Assembly (NCBI RefSeq): GCF_000012925.1
Contig: NC_007517.1
Location: forward strand, 690,001-722,000
Reading direction: 5' to 3'
Length of the DNA stretch: 32,000 nucleotides
Source: Geobacter metallireducens GS-15
GTDB lineage: Bacteria; Desulfobacterota; Desulfuromonadia; Geobacterales; Geobacteraceae
Part shown: positions 28,362-32,000 of the stretch, piece by piece
Numbering within the stretch: position 1 is the stretch's first letter
Layout: every line of letters starts with the position of its first letter
Made by a program: the position numbers and the translations under genes
The notes under the pieces: generated by a model
The model's database searches: none
The model's input: only the letters and a program-made list of their open reading frames with translations
What the model was told of the DNA's origin: nothing

Positions 28362-29284
28362 TGGGTTGCCTCCCCGGAAAGCACCGATACCAGAACATCC
28401 TCAAGGCTCGGCTCGATGGGGCGGATGCTCTGGACCGTCACCCCCGCCCCCTCCATGATCGCCTTGATGGCAGGGCCTGCCTCCGCCGCATCCCGCGTGA
28501 CCACGTGGAGCCGGTCGCCGAAGATTCCCACGGATTCTCCCTCAAGGCGTTCCCTCAGGAGCAGGGCGGCTCGTCTCGGAGCAGGGGTCAGCACTTCGAG
28601 GATGGTGCCGTCCATGAGCCCCCGGAGGTTGTCGGGGGTGTCGCAGGCCAGGAGCCTCCCCCGGTGGATGAGCCCCACGCGATTGCAGCGGTCCGCCTCG
28701 TCCAGGTAGGCGGTGGCCACGAAAACCGTCACCCCTTCCCGCAGGAGCTGGTAGAGGATGCGCCAGAAGTCCCGGCGGGAGACCGGGTCGACCCCGTTGG
28801 TGGGCTCGTCCAGGAAGAGGACCTTGGGGGTATGGATGAGGGCGCAGGCAAGCCCCAGCTTCTGCTTCATGCCGCCGGAGAGGTTGCCGGCCAGCCGCTT
28901 TCCGAAGGGGGTCAGGTTGCTGAAGGAGAGGAGGCGGCTGATCTTCTCGTCGCGCCCCCGCCAAGGGAGCCCGTAGATGTCGGCGTAGAAGTGGAGGTTT
29001 TCCAGCACGGTCAGGTCCGGGTAGAGGCCGAACCGTTGGCTCATGTAGCCGATCTCCTCCTTGAGGGGCTCCGCTTCCCGCACCGTGTGGCGTCCCATGA
29101 CCCGGGCCGCCCCCTCCGTGGGGTCCATGATGCCGGTCAGCATTCGCATGGTGGTGGTCTTGCCGGCGCCGTCGGAGCCCACGAGGCCGAAGAGCTCCCC
29201 TTGGGCCACGGAGAGGGTGAGTCCGCCCACGGCGGTCAGGGTGCCGAAGCGTTTGGTGAGGTTGTCGGTGATGATGGCGTCCAT
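28358..29284 (-). CDS. ABC transporter ATP-binding protein (H-loop histidine replaced by Ala)
   Basis: 308 aa. Walker A GSDGAGKTT, Q-loop MSQRF, signature LSGGMKQK, Walker B VLFLDEPT. The H-loop position reads VATAYLDEAD instead of VTTHY. Confidence 0.94.
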   Translation of the reverse strand: MDAIITDNLTKRFGTLTAVGGLTLSVAQGELFGLVGSDGAGKTTTMRMLTGIMDPTEGAARVMGRHTVREAEPLKEEIGYMSQRFGLYPDLTVLENLHFYADIYGLPWRGRDEKISRLLSFSNLTPFGKRLAGNLSGGMKQKLGLACALIHTPKVLFLDEPTNGVDPVSRRDFWRILYQLLREGVTVFVATAYLDEADRCNRVGLIHRGRLLACDTPDNLRGLMDGTILEVLTPAPRRAALLLRERLEGESVGIFGDRLHVVTRDAAEAGPAIKAIMEGAGVTVQSIRPIEPSLEDVLVSVLSGEATQ

Positions 29285-29293
29285 GGCAAGAGG

Positions 29294-30301
29294 TTATTTC
29301 CCGGTCCCCGGTCCCTGGTCGCCGGTACCGATTTCAGCATCCACCGGCATCCCCGGCTTCAGTTCCATGGCGGGGTTCGGGATGGTGATTTTGATCCGGT
29401 AGACGAGCTTCACCCGCTCCTTTTCCGTCTGCACGCTCTTGGGGGTGAATTCCGCCTCCGGTGAGATGAAGGTGACGGTCCCCTCGTAGCGGCGATCGGG
29501 CCAGGTGTCGCTCTTCACCCGGGCCTTCTGCCCCACCTTTACCCGCCCCAGGTCGGTCTCGGCGATGTAGGCCCGCATCCAGGTGTTAGGCATGTCGCCC
29601 ACGCTGATGATGGGGGTGCCGGCGGCCACCTGTTCCCCCGGTTCCACGTGCTTGGCCAGGACGAGCCCCGCCATGGGGGCGGCGAGGGTGGTGTAGCCGA
29701 GGCGGGTGCGGGCAAGTTCCAGTGTCTCCCGAGCCTGGCCGAAGCGCGCCCGGGCTGCGTCGATCTGTTCCTTACGGGGGCCCCGGTGCATGAGCTCCTG
29801 CTGGGCCACGGCCTCCCGGAGGGCTGCCTGGGACGACTCATGGGCGGCCTTGGCGGCATCGTAGTCGCGGCGGGAGATGACATCGCGCCGGAACAGGGCC
29901 TCCTGCCGGGCGAAATCGGCCTTGAGACGATCGGTCTCGGCCTTGACCCTGTTCACGGCGGCGTCGGCCCGGACGATGTCCTCCTTCCGGAAACCGGTCT
30001 CCAGTTCCCGCAGATTCGCTGCCATGGCTTCCGTGTCACGCTCCCGCTGGGCCACTTCCAGGCGAAGGTCATCATCGTCAAGCCGTGCCACCACCTGCCC
30101 CGCCTTCACCAGCTCACCCTCGTCAACGAGCCGCTCCCGTACCCGCCCAGGAATCTTGAAGCTCACCTCCACCTCGGTCAACTCGATGGTTCCTGAAACG
30201 GCAACGGTGCTGCTGTCGTTCCCCGTGCGGCGGGTGACGAACCAGGCAATGGCCGCGACGGCCAGAAGCAGGATGGCGATCAGGGCTACCTTTTTCTTCA
30301 T
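29294..30301 (-). CDS. HlyD-family periplasmic adaptor (membrane fusion protein)
   Basis: I chose the ATG at 30301 (MKKKVALIAILLLAVAAIAWFV..., GGAGG 7 nt upstream), giving 335 aa. It has a signal-anchor, a barrel-sandwich segment, a long coiled-coil-like RxxE/A-rich region and a C-terminal beta domain. Its stop is 9 nt before the first ATPase gene. The track start at 30346 has no SD and adds 15 Pro/Arg/Gly-rich residues. Confidence 0.88.
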   Translation of the reverse strand: MKKKVALIAILLLAVAAIAWFVTRRTGNDSSTVAVSGTIELTEVEVSFKIPGRVRERLVDEGELVKAGQVVARLDDDDLRLEVAQRERDTEAMAANLRELETGFRKEDIVRADAAVNRVKAETDRLKADFARQEALFRRDVISRRDYDAAKAAHESSQAALREAVAQQELMHRGPRKEQIDAARARFGQARETLELARTRLGYTTLAAPMAGLVLAKHVEPGEQVAAGTPIISVGDMPNTWMRAYIAETDLGRVKVGQKARVKSDTWPDRRYEGTVTFISPEAEFTPKSVQTEKERVKLVYRIKITIPNPAMELKPGMPVDAEIGTGDQGPGTGK

Positions 30302-30437
30302 GGATGATCCTCCGGAGCGGTGTGGCGCCCGCGGGCGCGTCAGCATCTATTGTGGCACCGTGGTGGGCATTGTAAAGGATGGCGGAGGGGAACGCCAGCC
30401 CCTCCCTTGGAACGGTTTATGCTGAAAGCCAAGGAGT
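30302..30437. promoter_or_regulatory. Divergent intergenic region between the exporter operon and the ANTAR regulator gene
   Basis: The 136-nt gap must hold both promoters. It contains a perfect 14-nt GC palindrome GCGCCCGCGGGCGC (30325-30338). It also contains a 7-bp hairpin GGAGGGG-8 nt-CCCCTCC (30384-30405). I could not call confident -35/-10 hexamers. Confidence 0.45.
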
Positions 30438-31046
30438 ATGGAGGAGATTGCAGGTAAAAACATCAATAAGGCGGTGATTTCATTGAGAAGTGTTCTCGTG
30501 TGCGATGATGAGCCGATTATCAGGATGAGCCTAAAAAATAAGCTCAAGGAGTTGGGCTTCGATGAAATCCGGGAGTGCGGGGACGGGGAGCAGGCTGTTG
30601 CGACGGCGCTGGCCACCATGCCCGACATCATTATCCTCGATGTCTCGATGCCCAAGAAGGACGGGATCACGGCGGCCCGGGAAATCCGGCAGCGGCTGAA
30701 GATCCCGATTATCCTCCTGACGGCCTGTTGTGACCCTGATACGGTCAGGCGGGCCAAGGAGAGCGGCATTGGCGGCTTTCTGGCCAAGCCGTTACGGGAG
30801 CAGGACCTCTGGCCCGCCATTGAACTTGCCTGTGCCCATGCCGACGAGGTGGAAACTCTCAAGGAAGAGGTGGAGGACCTGAAGGAAATCCTGGAGAGCC
30901 GCAAGGTTATCGAGAAGGCCAAGGGGGTCCTGATGCGGAACCAGGGGCTTTCGGAGCCCGAGGCGTTCCGCAGGATGCAGAAGCTGGCCATGGATAAGCG
31001 CAAGAGCATGCGGCAGATCGCCGAGGCGATTTTGCTTACGGAATAA
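30438..31046 (+). CDS. Response regulator with receiver and ANTAR RNA-binding domains
   Basis: 202 aa. The REC domain has DD (VCDDEP), the phospho-acceptor D in IIILDVSMP, T in ILLTA and K in LAKP. A coiled linker follows, then the ANTAR segment LESRKVIEKAKGVLMRNQGLSEPEAFRRMQKLAMDKRKSMRQIAEAIL. AAGGAG ends only 1 nt before the ATG, so the in-frame GTG at 30474 is an alternative start. Confidence 0.88.
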   Translation: MEEIAGKNINKAVISLRSVLVCDDEPIIRMSLKNKLKELGFDEIRECGDGEQAVATALATMPDIIILDVSMPKKDGITAAREIRQRLKIPIILLTACCDPDTVRRAKESGIGGFLAKPLREQDLWPAIELACAHADEVETLKEEVEDLKEILESRKVIEKAKGVLMRNQGLSEPEAFRRMQKLAMDKRKSMRQIAEAILLTE

Positions 31047-31079
31047 AAAGGGGCGCCTCCCGCGAGGGGGCGCCCCTTT
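31047..31079. terminator. Bidirectional rho-independent terminator between the convergent regulator gene and carB
   Basis: GC-rich stem GGGGCGCCTCC / GGGGGCGCCCC (31050-31060 and 31066-31076, one G:U pair) with a 5-nt loop. It is flanked by AAAAA on the left and TTT on the right. The T-run is better on the minus strand, i.e. for carB. It abuts the regulator's stop codon. Confidence 0.72.
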
Positions 31080-31122
31080 CGTACGACTATTGTGTGGCGG
31101 AACTGAAGGGTAACGGTTCCCC

Positions 31123-32000
31123 TCAGCGGATGCCTGCGTGGTACTCCTGCAGGCTCATGACCGGTTCCTTGCCGTTGCGGCGGGCCGCGATCCCCTCGGC
31201 GGCGGCTACGGCGGCGGCCACGGTGGTGATGTGGGGGATCTTGTTGGCGATGGCGGCCTTGCGTATGTAGGAGTCGTCATGGGCGCTCTGCTTGCCGGCA
31301 GGAGTGTTGACTACCAGATGGATCTCCCGGTTCTTGATGGCGTCCACCAGGTTGGGGCGCCCCTCGTGAAGCTTGGTGACCGGCGTCGCGGCGATGCCGT
31401 GGCCGGCCAGGAACCGGCAGGTTCCTTCCGTGGCCCGGATGGTGAAGCCCAGTTCCGCGAAGCGGCGGGCCGCCGCCAGGGCACCCTCCTTGTCCCGGTC
31501 GGCGATGGTGAAGAGGACCGAACCGGAGAGGGGGAGTTGGGCGTTGGCCCCTTCCTGTGCCTTGTAGAAGGCGAGGCCGTAATTGCCCGCCAGCCCCAGC
31601 ACCTCGCCGGTGGAGCGCATCTCCGGGCCGAGCACCGGGTCCACCTCCGGGAACATGGGGAAGGGGAAGACCGCCTCCTTGACCCCGAAGTGGGGGAAGG
31701 TGCGGCGGGCGAGCCCCATATCCTTCAGCTTCGCCCCGAGCATGACCTGCACGGCGATGCGGGGCATGGGGATGTTGCAGACCTTGGAGACCAGGGGGAC
31801 GGTGCGGCTTGCCCGGGGGTTCGCCTCCAGGATGTAGACGGTGTTGTCAGCGATGGCGTACTGGATGTTCATGAGCCCCACCACCCCCATGGCCACAGCG
31901 ATCTTGCGGGTGTACTCATCAATCGTATCGATGTGTTTTTGGGGAATGCTGACCGGGGGGATGACGCAGGCCGAGTCCCCCGAGTGGACTCCAGCCAGTT
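31123..32000 (-). CDS. carB: Carbamoyl-phosphate synthase large subunit, C-terminal part (5' end beyond window; first full codon starts at 31998)
   Basis: The frame stays open to the window edge: LAGVHSGDSACVIPPVSIPQKHIDTIDEYTRKIAVAMGVVGLMNIQYAI...LEANPRASRTVPLVSK. It then continues into an MGS-like allosteric domain ending ...EYHAGIR. Confidence 0.93.
   Translation of the reverse strand, partial: LAGVHSGDSACVIPPVSIPQKHIDTIDEYTRKIAVAMGVVGLMNIQYAIADNTVYILEANPRASRTVPLVSKVCNIPMPRIAVQVMLGAKLKDMGLARRTFPHFGVKEAVFPFPMFPEVDPVLGPEMRSTGEVLGLAGNYGLAFYKAQEGANAQLPLSGSVLFTIADRDKEGALAAARRFAELGFTIRATEGTCRFLAGHGIAATPVTKLHEGRPNLVDAIKNREIHLVVNTPAGKQSAHDDSYIRKAAIANKIPHITTVAAAVAAAEGIAARRNGKEPVMSLQEYHAGIR

Noticed and set aside
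26182-29464. Three long plus-strand ORFs (489, 430 and 367 aa) opposite the ABC permease and ATPase genes
   Set aside because: They are mostly in codon register with the minus-strand genes. They are Gly/Asp/Glu/His/Pro/Arg-rich low-complexity translations typical of antisense frames in >60% GC DNA. The minus-strand products carry complete ABC motifs and TM architecture.
30353-30372. A sigma54-like TGGCAC followed by GGGCAT upstream of the ANTAR regulator gene
   Set aside because: The GG-to-GC spacing is one nucleotide longer than the strict -24/-12 spacing, and the -12 element is GGGCA rather than TTGCA. No enhancer-binding protein gene lies nearby. The evidence is insufficient.

Overview
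This window is almost entirely core housekeeping chromosome. The protein sequences look Geobacter/Desulfuromonadales-like, but that is an inference from memory, not a search.

Plus strand: the 3' part of rpoB, then rpoC, then a candidate sigma70 promoter. After that comes an uninterrupted str-S10-spc-alpha ribosomal supercluster from rpsL to rplQ. It includes fusA, tuf, secY, adk, map and rpoA. rpmD and rpmJ are shorter than 60 aa, so they are missing from the ORF track and I located them by hand. A perfect 16-17 bp hairpin terminator closes the array.

Minus strand: a translationally coupled 5-gene exporter operon (HlyD-type adaptor, two ABC ATPases, two ABC-2 permeases). A REC-ANTAR response regulator is transcribed divergently from it. 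A bidirectional terminator and the 3' part of carB follow.

I found no rRNA, tRNA, CRISPR array, IS or transposase, integrase or phage genes, and I do not see a convincing novel multi-gene system here. The features that seem worth a second look are:
- A strong codon-usage/GC mosaic: the ribosomal-protein genes use A/T-ending codons, whereas rpoBC, tuf and the ABC operon are GC-rich. tuf stands out as an island.
- The absence of any leader or spacer longer than 43 nt across about 19 kb.
- Five homology-anchored TTG start codons.
- A Cys4 motif in L24 and a long tail on L17.
- A missing H-loop histidine in one of the two ABC ATPases.
- An orphan ANTAR regulator next to a structured divergent intergenic region.

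All counts quoted are approximate hand counts.
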